Origin: the human T2T-CHM13v2.0 reference genome, Homo sapiens
DNA length: 64,000 nucleotides
Direction: 5' to 3' (one strand)
Assembly: GCF_009914755.1 (NCBI RefSeq)
Contig: NC_060929.1
The position numbers and the translations under genes were made by a program. The notes beneath the pieces are model-generated. The model was given only the letters and a program-made list of their open reading frames with translations, searched no databases and was not told the origin of the DNA. Within the stretch, counting starts at the first letter, position 1. Each line of letters starts with the position of its first letter. Below are positions 52,332 to 64,000 of this stretch, piece by piece.

Positions 52332-55269
52332 CATTTCTTTCTTTCTTTTTCTCCCCCCTTTTTTTGTTTCAAGGACAAGATTCAAAAGAGCCTGCTCCAC
52401 ACAGGTTGTAAGGTGCACCTTCAGATCTGTCTTCAAATAGGGGCTGAGCAATTTGAATATTTGTGCTCCTGGAAATCAGTCTGTAAAATCGTCTCCCAAC
52501 GCCCATTAAATTCTGCAAAATTGCTAAGCTTTGAGAACTTCATGGTGGGGTCCAATCTGGGGCCCTGGCACCTCACTGCCAAAGCACGCATCCCCAAAGA
52601 TACTTATAATGGAAATGACGGAGTGGCTGATTTGGCCCTAGCTTCTTGCATATCAAAGGCAGGAGGGCGGGAGGGAAGCATCCATAGAGCAGTCAGGATG
52701 CACCCCGCATGCCAGGTAATATATTGAGATGTTTAAAGCACACTGCTCGGCATGCACATGTGTCTGTCTCTCTGCTATTTTATACATTATCTGCAGGGCG
52801 GCAGGTACAAGGATAAGGCATGCTTTGAAGTCAGTGGCAGTGCCACCTGGGCATGGAGTGGGAAATAGGCATTATATAGCCTTTTTTCATATGACATATT
52901 TGCTATCTCCATGAGGAATACTTTGAGACCAGAAAAGAGATCACTGCGGCTATATAACCCACACCAAATCTTGCCACATTGGACCTATGATGTATTTACT
53001 GATTTTAAAAATACCAGAGGTATAATCTTGCCCAGAAAATGTGCCTCCACCCTAACTCCTCAGCCTCTTCATAGTATGTACAAATTGTTTTTCTGCATAT
53101 TTTTTTTAACAAATGTTGTCTGTCTAGATTCAGAGATTTTTATTAGTGTGTTTGTGTTTAAAGGTGCTGGGTTAAAAATACCCCCTCATCGCCAAAGGAA
53201 GGCGAAGGGGGACAAAAAAAAAAAAAAAACACAGAGCTTTGTCCACTTGGAATTGGAGGGTAATCTGGAAAATTATAAAGAACTACAAGCCTGGCAAAGA
53301 GAATTTTGTTCTTTTCAGTGGTTGAAAAGAAGAGTAAAAAGGGTAAGACATGGCCTGTGGTTTCCATCCATCAGTAATGATACAATTAAACTGAAATAAG
53401 TTAACTTGGTTAACAGAATCTACTTTAACTCTCCTCCTGTCCACAGACTCCTACATCTTCTCTCTTCTCCCAGTCTCTGAGGTTTGTTTGCTACCAGGGA
53501 TGTGGGATTCCCGGAGTCTAAGGATGCAACCATTCTTCAGTTCTTGTTCCTGAGCTCTCTGTGACCAAAAACTCCTATTTATTTTGAAAGCGGAAATAAT
53601 GTTATTTCATTGCCTGCCTGCGTAACTCCAAGATGCCTGAAACAATTCTGCTCAAACTTCCTACCAACTCACCTTTGGGCTGAGACAAAACAGAGAAAGT
53701 TTGGGCCCCAAAGGACAATTTTTCAGAGAAGTTGGGAGCAGGTAGAGGCAAAGCCGAGTGATGAAACTCATCTGACAATTGTCATCTGCCCTCTTTGCAT
53801 CTCTGGCCTCATTCTTCCCTGTCTCTTGGGGATGCCTTACTTTCCTTTCTTCTCTGTAATGTTAGCAGTCCCCCATTCCTTTCCCCTAGGCTGCTTGTCC
53901 TCTGGGATGAAGAAAAGGCTTTAAACCTGTAAACTGTATACATTTTCTCCAAAATCAACTTGAAACTCAGTCTGAATTGGATGGAGAGGATTCGCTTATG
54001 GAAGGAGCAGCTGTGTACCCACACACTGATAGAGACATCCCTGCTCTCGGAGGTGTTATGATTATGCGGGCTAAAAAGCTCAGATGTCTGAAGACTGGAG
54101 TTTCTTGTGTATATTTATATGAAGACTGTTCCCCTCCAGGACCATGAGGATGTGGAATGAGGCTGTTTTTCATTCCCCACCCAGTGGCTAATGCAGCTCA
54201 GAGACTGTATTTGGGAGTTGAGCCTACATGTAGTGAATCATCAGGAGCCCTGTGGAAATGAGCAAAGCAGGTGCAGTTTAAAGACCACATTCTCAGAGGT
54301 GCAAGAAGCTGAGCTTTCCCTTTCTCTAAGCTCAGTTTTGGTTTCAAGACTGATCCCCACTGATGAGGCAGAAACCTAATCTCTGTCAAAATGAGTTGTT
54401 TTTCCAATTCCTTTTCCCCAAGGGTGAGCTTTAATTCCAGCAATCCACATGGTTCCCAGACCTTTGGAAGATCAGCTCTCTGATCCTCCAGACAACCTTT
54501 CCTGAGCCGGATGTGGCCTGGCGATCCTTAGTTGGAATCCACGCTGGCTACTGCTGAGAGATTTCTGATTCCATCTTATCCCTCCAGCACTGGCAATTGA
54601 CTTGTCTGCTTCTGTACCACCTGAGGGCAGGAGTGCTATTCTGTGACCAGGTTTCTCCCTTGGATATGGATCTCCTGGTTGTCTGTATGCGTGATCTTCC
54701 CTCATTCCCTGCTGGCGTTGGGGTACTCCGAGGCTCTGCCCCAGGAAGCAGAGAACAGAGCCCGTCTCTGGGACCCTTGGTGTTCCTGCCTCACCACCTC
54801 TTCTCCACTCTCTCCTCCTCGAGTCCAGAAGATCTGACTTCAATAGGAAGCCTAACTCTTCCTAAGCCTCCTTGTTCTCATCCTGATTCCTTTCCCAAAC
54901 ATTTTGTTATTGCCCACAATCCTCTTCGTTCCCCTAAGGACACACAAGCCTGAAAGGAACTCCTTTTTTCTCAACTTTGCATCCTCTTGCAGCCATTTTA
55001 AAAATATGCGACATGGACCACCGTAGGAAATGTTTTGCAGAAGAGAAAATCTGGAAGAAAAAGCATGTACAGATACCATTGAACCAACTATCCATGCTTT
55101 TTTGGATTAGTTGCAAAATCCCAGTTTACTTAACTTTTCTTTTGCCTAGAGACTGTTTAAATAACTTTTCTAAAACAGCCAATGAGAACAATGTACATAG
55201 TTAATGCTGGCAATTAGTATTTTTTTACTAAGCAATTCCTTTTAACAGTCTTTTAGATCATGTACACGG

Positions 55270-55470
55270 GCAGTTATAGTCTTTGAATTAGCACTGTGAT
55301 TAAAAACACGAGCTTTGGAATCAGACCCAGTTCTGCTCTCACCTAACAGCTCAGTGGCCTTAGACAAATTAAAGAACTTTTCTAAGCTTCCGGGCCCTCA
55401 TGTGTGAACGGCTTTAGTGTTGTTAGAAAGTGTAGATGAACTAATGTGTGCAAAACACCTAGCACCTAGT
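55270..55470 (+). mobile_element. MIR SINE
   Basis: 'gagctttggaatcagaccc...ggccttagacaaatt..aacttttctaagcttc'. Confidence 0.7.
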
Positions 55471-55703
55471 AAATATTGTGTTTCCTTTACTTGTCTCTTT
55501 GACTTTAGCACTCAGCTTGTATTTCCATGCACTGCCACTAGCACATGTTTCTTCTTATAAGAAGTCTGTAATATTACTGCTCTGAAAATGAAGTAGAATG
55601 GACTGAAGTGATAGTTTACAGTCAAAATTAAAAGATGGCAGAGAGAGAAATTCTTCCTGTCATCTCACTGGGGGAGCAGAACAATTGAGAGAAGAAACAG
55701 TAG

Positions 55704-56053
<350 letters not shown>

Positions 56054-56777
56054 TAAGTTTTCTATAACTTATATCCAATATATTTTAAAAATTTAAGACA
56101 GTTCCCACTATAGCATATTAATATGTGTAGGAAGATAAATAAAATAAAGTTTGGAATTATGAGAATTGACATTGAAGAGGGGATGCTATTTGGTCAAATT
56201 TTGTGGTTGAACTTCAGACTTTCTCCTGAGCTCCCTAGAGGCCAAAGTAAAAAGGAAAACACAATGTATAGTTTGCATTATTGAAAGGGAGAGGCACATC
56301 AAAGAAGGTCAGAATGATATCAGGGAAATGAGAACTTCTTCCTCTTCTTCTTGACCTTATTATTATGTTGTCAATCTGTGGACTGGAGAGACTAAAAGAA
56401 ATCAGATAGGAAGTGGCATAGAAGACAGACTAGAGAATTAAGTTTCTCTCTCTAAATGAACAAAGACTCCCTCAGAAAAAACTCTCCCTAGATCACTTAA
56501 AAGGAAAAGAAAAGAAAGGAAGTTGCCGGCTTGACAGAGCCTCAGAATATCCCCTGAAAGCTCTGGAGGCTCTATCTGGCATTGTGACCTCCATAGCAGC
56601 CCTTGCCACTGCCTTTGCATTAGAGGTGCAGCCTCTGGGAAAACCCTGCCAATCACCTTGCTGTACCAGCCAGTCCTGGGAAATTAAATTATAGCTCTTG
56701 ATCCACTGGGCAAGTGGTAAGTCTCAATTACTCTGTGTAACGTAATAATCACAGTCCCTGCTCTTCTCTACTCCTAA

Positions 56778-57276
<499 letters not shown>

Positions 57277-57329
57277 TAAAAGGAACTGTTTAGTATGAAA
57301 GTACTAATCATCAGTGTCATTATTCCCCC

Positions 57330-57900
57330 CCAAATACTTCCTAAATGTCTGTGTCATACCAGGCACTGTACTATACATTGAGGTTATAACTGTGAACAGT
57401 ACAGACATTGTTTCTGCCTTTATCAGTACCTGAATTCTAGTGGGAAGTACAAATAAACAGAAAAATAAAATTATCAGAGCTAGAGATAAGTACTGGAAGA
57501 AAGAAACACAGGGCTTAGGGTAGAGAATATCCGGATCAGGAAAGGATTCCTGTTTGGGAGATTCAGGGATTGTTCATTTGAGAAACTGACATGTGAGCCA
57601 AGTCCTGATGGAGAGGTTACCAGACATACAAAGAAAAAGAATAGACCCTTCCAGACAGAGGAAAGAGCATGTACGAAGGTCCTGAAGTGGGAAAGAGCAG
57701 GGCATACAGAGGGGACATGAGCAGGTGGGAGATGGGTATAAGATATGCTTGGAGAGATAAGCAGGGCTCTTATCATGTAAGGCTTTGCGGCTATGAGAAG
57801 CGGCAGGTGCTTCATTCTGAGTGTTATGGGAAGCTATTGAAGGAGATGGAGCTTTACATAATCTTATTCGTGATTTAGGAAGACCACACTTACTGGTAAT
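57330..57900 (-). mobile_element. L2 fragment
   Basis: 'taccaggcactgtacta', 'ttccagacagaggaaagagcatgtacgaaggtcctga', 'atgggaagctattgaagg'. Confidence 0.8.
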
Positions 57901-58817
57901 AGAGAACAGAACAAGAAGAGATGCAAAGAGGCAGTTAGTAAATGCATCACCATTTGTGTTTGCTGAGATGGAGGTATTTCCCAGCTTCCAAATTCCTCCA
58001 GGACATCTCATTTCATCAGATGGGCAGAATGCTAAAAAGAAGGAGCCTAGGTTTGACTGTTTGCTGGTTATTTTCTCCTAATCCCTCCAGAAAATTCCAT
58101 ACATATATTACTAGGTGAACCATTAAGTTGACTTCACAAATGAGGAATTACATGAGTTTTCTTAAAATGATATATGCTAATATTTCTTTGCTATTATTGT
58201 AGGTGTACCACGCAATGAGAAGAGGACATTTGCCTTTTTATTCCACTTCTCAACTTTAAAAATTGCCTTTACAGATCTTTATTTTCACTGACCCAGAAAC
58301 TAGAGAAGTACAGAGAGAGAGAAACAGCCAACTCTTGTGCTGGGAATGGGGATGCTGAGGCTTGTGCAAGCTCTGTTCTTGTTGCGTGATGATAGGCAAG
58401 ATGCTTCCCCTCCCTGAGTCTGCCTTTTCATCCTGTAAGTGAGGGCATTTGAAAAATAATCTCTAAGCTTATACCTTTATCTTCTAAGAGTCTATAACTC
58501 TTTAGTGTTGGGTTAGAGCAACGCAGAAGAGGTGGATCATTAGCTGCTGATTTTTCTGAGTGACAGCCTCATAGGAAATAGCATTGTGATCCTTTTACTA
58601 TGTTTTGTGGTTCCTTTACCTGTAAACGTATTTTTCAGTTTAACATGTGGAAAACTCCATTTGGAAGCAGGCAGTTTTCATCCCCTTCCTCTCCACTCCC
58701 AGATGGACCAAGCTGAGGTGTCAGAGGGTGATGGCACAGGCCACAGTCACTGCTTGGGTTGCTGCATGGCCTGGCGTTCTGAGGCCAAGCATGTGCTGGC
58801 TCTCCCCAACACCACAT

Positions 58818-58973
58818 TAGAGTACAGATATCTCTTCAATATACTGATTTCCTTTCTTTTGAATATTTGCCCAGTAGGCGGATTGCTGGGATCATATAGG
58901 AGCTCAATTTTTAGATTTTTGAAGAACCTCCAAACTGTTCTCCATAGTGATTGAACTAATTTACATTCCCACC
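58818..58973 (-). mobile_element. L1MA-type fragment
   Basis: 'cagatatctcttcaatatactgatttcctttctttt...gaacctccaaactgttctccatagtg..ctaatttacattcccacca'. Confidence 0.85.
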
Positions 58974-60039
58974 ATTCTGTGTGGGTTGCTGGTTTCTCCG
59001 TTCTACTGGATACCTCGTGGATAATGTGATCAATGGCATGGATTGTCTTGCTGTTCCCACTGCCCACAAATCAAGCTCTTAATAGCCCAATAAAATCATG
59101 AGATTCAGGCTAAAAAAGTGATTGCATTGCTCAGATGCTAATGAGACACATATATCTGAAACAACTGATTAAAGACTGTGGAAAGGAGGTCTCAGCACAA
59201 CATGTGGGGTGGCTAATTTACAAAGGTGAGGAGCATTCCAGATAACAGAATGTCACGCACCTTTACTTCCAAGGAGATGTATTTAAAATAGGCTGATTTT
59301 TCTTACATATTTTCCCATGAATGATTGGGACACCAATGCGGTGAGTAAAAGCAAGATGGCTGAGTGATTCTCCCATCAGGGTCCTTCTGTCTGCCAGGCT
59401 GTAGCCAACAAACGTTCCAACTTGGCAGGTCAAATGTCTCCAATACATTTCCAGAATGTGTTGTGCAGTCGATAATAAATAAATGCTAAGATATGTGATT
59501 ACACAATGATAGCCACATTCATTGACCTGTCTATCAAAGGAGCCATATTTGAGTTTGAGTTCCCTTCCCCTGGGCCCGTGGAGTGAAGGTGGAGTGTTAG
59601 CTTGTCGTCTTTAACATTCCTAGCAACCCTGGGCTAAGTGCACTGGGGTGGAAGGCAGTCCCTTTTGCTTAGTAATCCATTAGCTAATGGGTGTGAGCCC
59701 GTCAATTTTCTATTTATTCCTTAAACCATTAAGGTTTACCTGCTGTGTGTGAGACTACACTTGACAAAAAAGAGTGATAGTTGAAATAAAATAAATATCA
59801 AGCCTTACGAGGTCTGATGAGTATTGCTTACACCATAGCGGGCTTCATGGAAAGGTAAAGGTGAACCAACTCTTACAAGTTGACACATGGCATTCTGGGC
59901 AAGAGGAGGTAAACAACTCTGCTGTGTTTCAGTCCAGAGGCATTCACCAGCGGAGGGGTGTTGTTTGAGAACTACTATCCAAGTGCCCTCGATATTTGTC
60001 AACAATGCCTTCCTGAGTGTCTTGGAAGCTGGTAGTTTT

Positions 60040-60490
60040 ACTCTCTAGATAAGACTCAAACTCCTGACTGGCCTACACAAGGCTCTGCATAGTCTGAGCC
60101 TTGCTGCGTGTCTAGCTTTATCTTTCACCTCTCTTTCCCTTGCTCCACCCACACTGATCTTTTTCAGGTCCTTTGCGTATGATATTCAATCTCCCATTAG
60201 TGTTTTTCTTGCCTAAATCATCCTTCAGATCTCAGCTTGAACTCCATTTTCTCCGAGAAAAACATCCTTGATCGCCCAAGCAGGGTCAGTCTCTAACTCG
60301 ATGCTCTCTTGGTTTCCTGTCCTCCAAACTAGCCCTCAAAACACCTTAATATACTGTATTTAGTTACATAAATATCTGATCAATGTTTGGCTCTTTCACT
60401 AGGTGGAAAGTTCCTTGAGGGCAAAAACCACCTCTGGCTTTGCTTGCCACAGTTTTCTCAGCACTTTCCATAATACCTGTTGAGTGAAGA
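60040..60490 (+). mobile_element. L2 3' fragment
   Basis: 'ggcctacacaaggctctgcat', 'catccttcagatctcagctt', 'aagttccttgagggca'. Confidence 0.7.
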
Positions 60491-61264
60491 AAAGAATCAA
60501 CCCAATCTTGAGAGAGCTTCATGTTGAGAACAAATGTAGAGGGACAATGAGGGCTCCTGAGAACTAAACCTTGGCATTTCTTGGGTTTTGTTCCTTATAG
60601 GTGAGGTTTATTGTGTCATATTTCCATGATTATTTACAGTAGTTTTTATTTTGCCTGATATAGACAGCCTTATCAACAATGAAAACATTTAAGATAGGTA
60701 TACTGGAAATAACACTCTAGTAGTCCTGCTCCTCATAACTCAGGCAGAAAGTATTTTCTGTCTCCTGGATTACTTGGTTATTTAGAGTTACTCAGTTACT
60801 CCAAGTTACTCAGAGATGGTTCCACTTGCTGATCTTATTCAGATATAATTAATTAGAGCACATATAGGTTTCCCAGTGAGTTGTAACTATCCCAGGTCAA
60901 GATGCGCTTTACACAAATTATAATCAGTGTTTTGAGGCACTATTGAAGGTGAAAACCAAACGTCTTCATAATATCCCCAGTACAACCTGTGCTTACAAAA
61001 ATTATAGAATCCTTGAGAGGGAAATCAAAGGGCATCTATTCAGTATTACTATGTGCAAGAAACAGTTCTAGGTGCTCAGATATGGCAATAAATAAGAATG
61101 CTTGCAAATAAGCAAATATACACATGAGATAATTCCAGAGAGGGAAAAGGGCTATGAAGAATATAGAAAATGGTGATGTTAGAGAAGGTGACATGAAAGA
61201 GGTTATTTTAATTGGGTGTTCAGAGTCAATTATGTTCAGATGGTCCAAATTCTGTCTGAGAGCA

Positions 61265-62360
61265 AGAATCAGTATGTCACCTATTACCACAATAATGCTG
61301 CCAGACCAAAGCCGTATTGAGCAAGCCACATGGCTTCCATTCACAGTGTATCCATTTTCATTCCATTGGTCCAAGCAAGTCACGTGGCTAGCCCGACATC
61401 AGTGGAGTGGGGAACTACATGCTTCACCCTAATTCTGCTTCCTTGAAGTGGATCCTTACACAATTGTTTTCCACAGGTCTTGGTTCTGCCCTCTGGGGAC
61501 CCGTTCTTTTTTATTTTACCCTTAAGTGAAATAAAATTTTAATTTAGGTACCTCAGGCTTCTACGTGATCTTTCTAGGATCCCCTTTGTCCGTTTGGAAG
61601 AATCGACTAGGTTCCACTTCAATCCTTTGGGAGGTCTTAACAAAGGGTGTGATGGGCACACTTTTTATTTGGAATAGGCTCCTAGGCTATATCTGAAAGG
61701 CCATGTCCTTATTTTGGTCTTTGCCCTTGGGCTGTATTTTCTTTGAGGATATTTCACTGGATGAAAATTCTGGAGATGAGAAACAGTATCATTTTCCAGT
61801 GTAGTATGTCCCAGATTTTCTGAGTTCTCTGTGTACTCTCTCAACTGTATTTGTAAACTGGACAGCTCTTTTCTGAGCTCATCTCTTTCATGTAGTACCT
61901 TATCAAGTGTGGCTACCTACAGCCAGTTCAGGCTTTTAATATTCCATTTCTAAGTTCAACAGGTACATGTCTTCCTTTCCAGATGATCACAGGTACTACT
62001 TTTACTAAATGTTTCACCGTTGCATGACACAGGTCACAATTTTTCTAAACTACTAAACTACTTTTGTTGTTTCCTCAACACTCACCACTGAGTTTGAAAA
62101 CATCTTTTCAGGTTTTTCTTAACAACCATGCCTACTTCTAGGTTTCTATTTCAGCCTCAGTCAGCTATTGCCACAATCATGGCATTCAACAAGTTACCTC
62201 GAAGGTCAAGAATTAACAGTAAGTGTTAATTCTCAAGCTTGCAAATTTGCAGGGCAGTAGGTCTGAGGAACGGCTGATATTGCAGGCATGGCTGGGTGAT
62301 TGCTCCCAGTTGAGGGGCAGCAGAGATTAGCTCCAGGATGTCACTGTGCTCATACCTGTT
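61265..62360 (-). mobile_element. Degraded MaLR element (MLT1-type LTR, internal segment, LTR)
   Basis: LTR motifs 'ttccattggtccaagcaagtcacgtggctagccc' and 'tcagctattgccacaat'; internal-segment junction 'cctacttctagg' near 62140. Confidence 0.55.
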
Positions 62361-62457
62361 TTAGGTGTGGACATTTCAGAACTCAGGTTGGAGTTTCAAC
62401 AGCTTCCATGGGGAAGCCCTTCTCGTGGCCAATCTCTGCAGTGTAAGAACCAGGACA

Positions 62458-62741
62458 ACGCCTGTAATCCCAGCACTTTGGGAGGCCGAGGCGGGTGGAT
62501 CATGACGTCAGGAGATCGAGACCATCCTGGCTAACAAGGTGAAACCCCGCCTCTACTAAAAATACAAAAAATTAGCCGGGCGCTGTGGCGGGCGCCTGTA
62601 GTCCCAGCTACTCGGGAGGCTTGAGGCAGGAGAATGGCGTGAACCCGGGAAGCGGAGCTTGCAGTGAGCCGAGATTGCGCCACTGCAGTCCGCAGTCCGG
62701 CCTGGGCGACAGAGCGAGACTCCGTCTCAAAAAAAAAAAAA
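62458..62741 (+). mobile_element. AluYb8, 5'-truncated by 18 nt
   Basis: Diagnostic 7-bp duplication gcagtcc-gcagtcc, 'ctaacaaggtgaaa', 'gggaagcggag'; CpGs largely intact; pure A tail; perfect TSD AAGAACCAGGACA (62445-62457 / 62742-62754). Confidence 0.96.
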
Positions 62742-63799
62742 AAGAACCAGGACAGACTTCACAGTCGCATCTAAGACCTTTGTCAGTATCTTACCACCTA
62801 TTCCCCCAGGCTGTAGCAAGCCCATGGCCAATCCCAGCATCAGTAAGATGAAGTGTCCAATATCTTGCCAGTTTCTCTCACAGGACTCTTCCCAATGTGT
62901 AATTACATGTGAACTTACTAATTTGCTTTTGGTTTTATACTGGGTTATTGTCTACATCCAATGGCTCTCACACCAGCTTCTAGGTCAGCAACTGGCAGAT
63001 AGTAACCACCTAACTATCTGGGTAAGTAAGTTATTTCATGAGATTTCTCATTCTGAATGAAAATGGGGACTCCTAGCAGTCCAACTTGTAAATGAATTCA
63101 TCATATCTAAATTACACCTAATCTCATTTCTCTGAAACCTGTTACATTTGTATTTTTTAACTCTGAAGGGGCTTAGTAGGATCTTACTACTAAGTGATGT
63201 TGGTGCATAGGAAATATTTCTTTTTTTCTCCTTCCCTGTGCCCCTACATTACCCACCTCTCATCTTTATCCTCTTCCCTGACAGCAGTGCTAAGCCTTTG
63301 CCCTGCAGATTTATTGCCTAGAATCTGCTTCCTTCAGCACATGACAATATTCAGACTGATTATTTTATTTTATTTTTTGTCTGGAGTTCCCTGGTACCTT
63401 CCCTGGTACTATATAGTATAGAAATATAATGAAAATAAATGATTTGAAGGAGAACTGTTGTTTTGCTTGTGCTTATGACAAGCATCAGCCACAGACCATC
63501 TTTTGGATCCATATGGAAACTATTGGGCAAGTCTCCCATATTAAAGGAGTCTAATCTAATCTTCAGGGTGGCACTGTGAATGCTAGGGATACTATACAGT
63601 TAGCTTTCAAGAAGCAGTAAGAATTTGCAAGAGTTTTATTCTTTTAAATCAAGGAGTCCATCATAATGAGTGCAGTATCAAGAAATAAGAGACAACCTAA
63701 TGTCTATTGGTTTGAGATCAGTTAAATGTATTATGATACACACACACACAACTTGGAATTGTGGAACGGAATAACAATATCTGATATTGACAGAGTGGC

Positions 63800-63950
63800 T
63801 AATATGTCCTGGGCACTGAATCACTCCATATGTGACTTATTTAACATCATCTTCTTAGACACCTTTTAACATAAATACTCTTATTGTCACTTAAAACAAT
63901 AAGATGAGTAACTGAGAGTTATAGAATTTGAGTGATTTAAGTCATTTCCA
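63800..63950 (-). mobile_element. MIR SINE
   Basis: 'agatgagtaactgagagttatagaatttgagtgattt'. Confidence 0.55.
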
Positions 63951-64000
63951 TAGATACGAATTATTGAAGCAATGCATTCCGTAGATATACTAACTACTGT

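Noticed and set aside
52140-52727. Longest ORF (195 aa) with a poly-proline run
   Set aside because: Starts at GTG, crosses a pyrimidine tract, poly-Pro derives from the GC-box-like run, and there is no recognisable protein similarity.
54497-54620. Possible minus-strand exon (acceptor ctgccctcag)
   Set aside because: Donor AAG|gttgtc is weak and I found no partner exons or protein similarity.

Overview
This is repeat-rich, non-coding mammalian genomic DNA, almost certainly human, because it carries a human-specific AluYb8 at 62458-62741. It looks intergenic or deep-intronic. I found no recognisable protein-coding gene, tRNA/rRNA, CpG island or CRISPR array. The supplied ORFs are short, often start at GTG/TTG, and mostly fall in Alu/L1/L2/LTR relics. 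Most of the window is ancient L2/MIR, plus L1 fragments (L1PA, L1MB, L1M/ME), MaLR and ERV1 LTRs, hAT/Tigger DNA transposons and six Alus. I could not identify the locus, and I do not see a new multi-gene system. The best non-routine signals are: (1) a 228-bp non-repeat polyadenylated insert with a perfect 16-bp TSD splitting a hAT element (31486-31756); (2) an L1PA 3' transduction with two poly(A) tails inside one TSD (41347-41833); (3) a 5'-truncated AluYb8 carrying a perfect CRE; (4) several + strand exon-like units, including a 27-nt and a 75-nt frame-preserving candidate; and (5) a roughly 6-kb repeat-poor block with a CTCF-like motif. Repeat subfamilies were assigned by eye from recalled consensus sequences. 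Boundaries of old repeats are approximate (about +/-30 bp).
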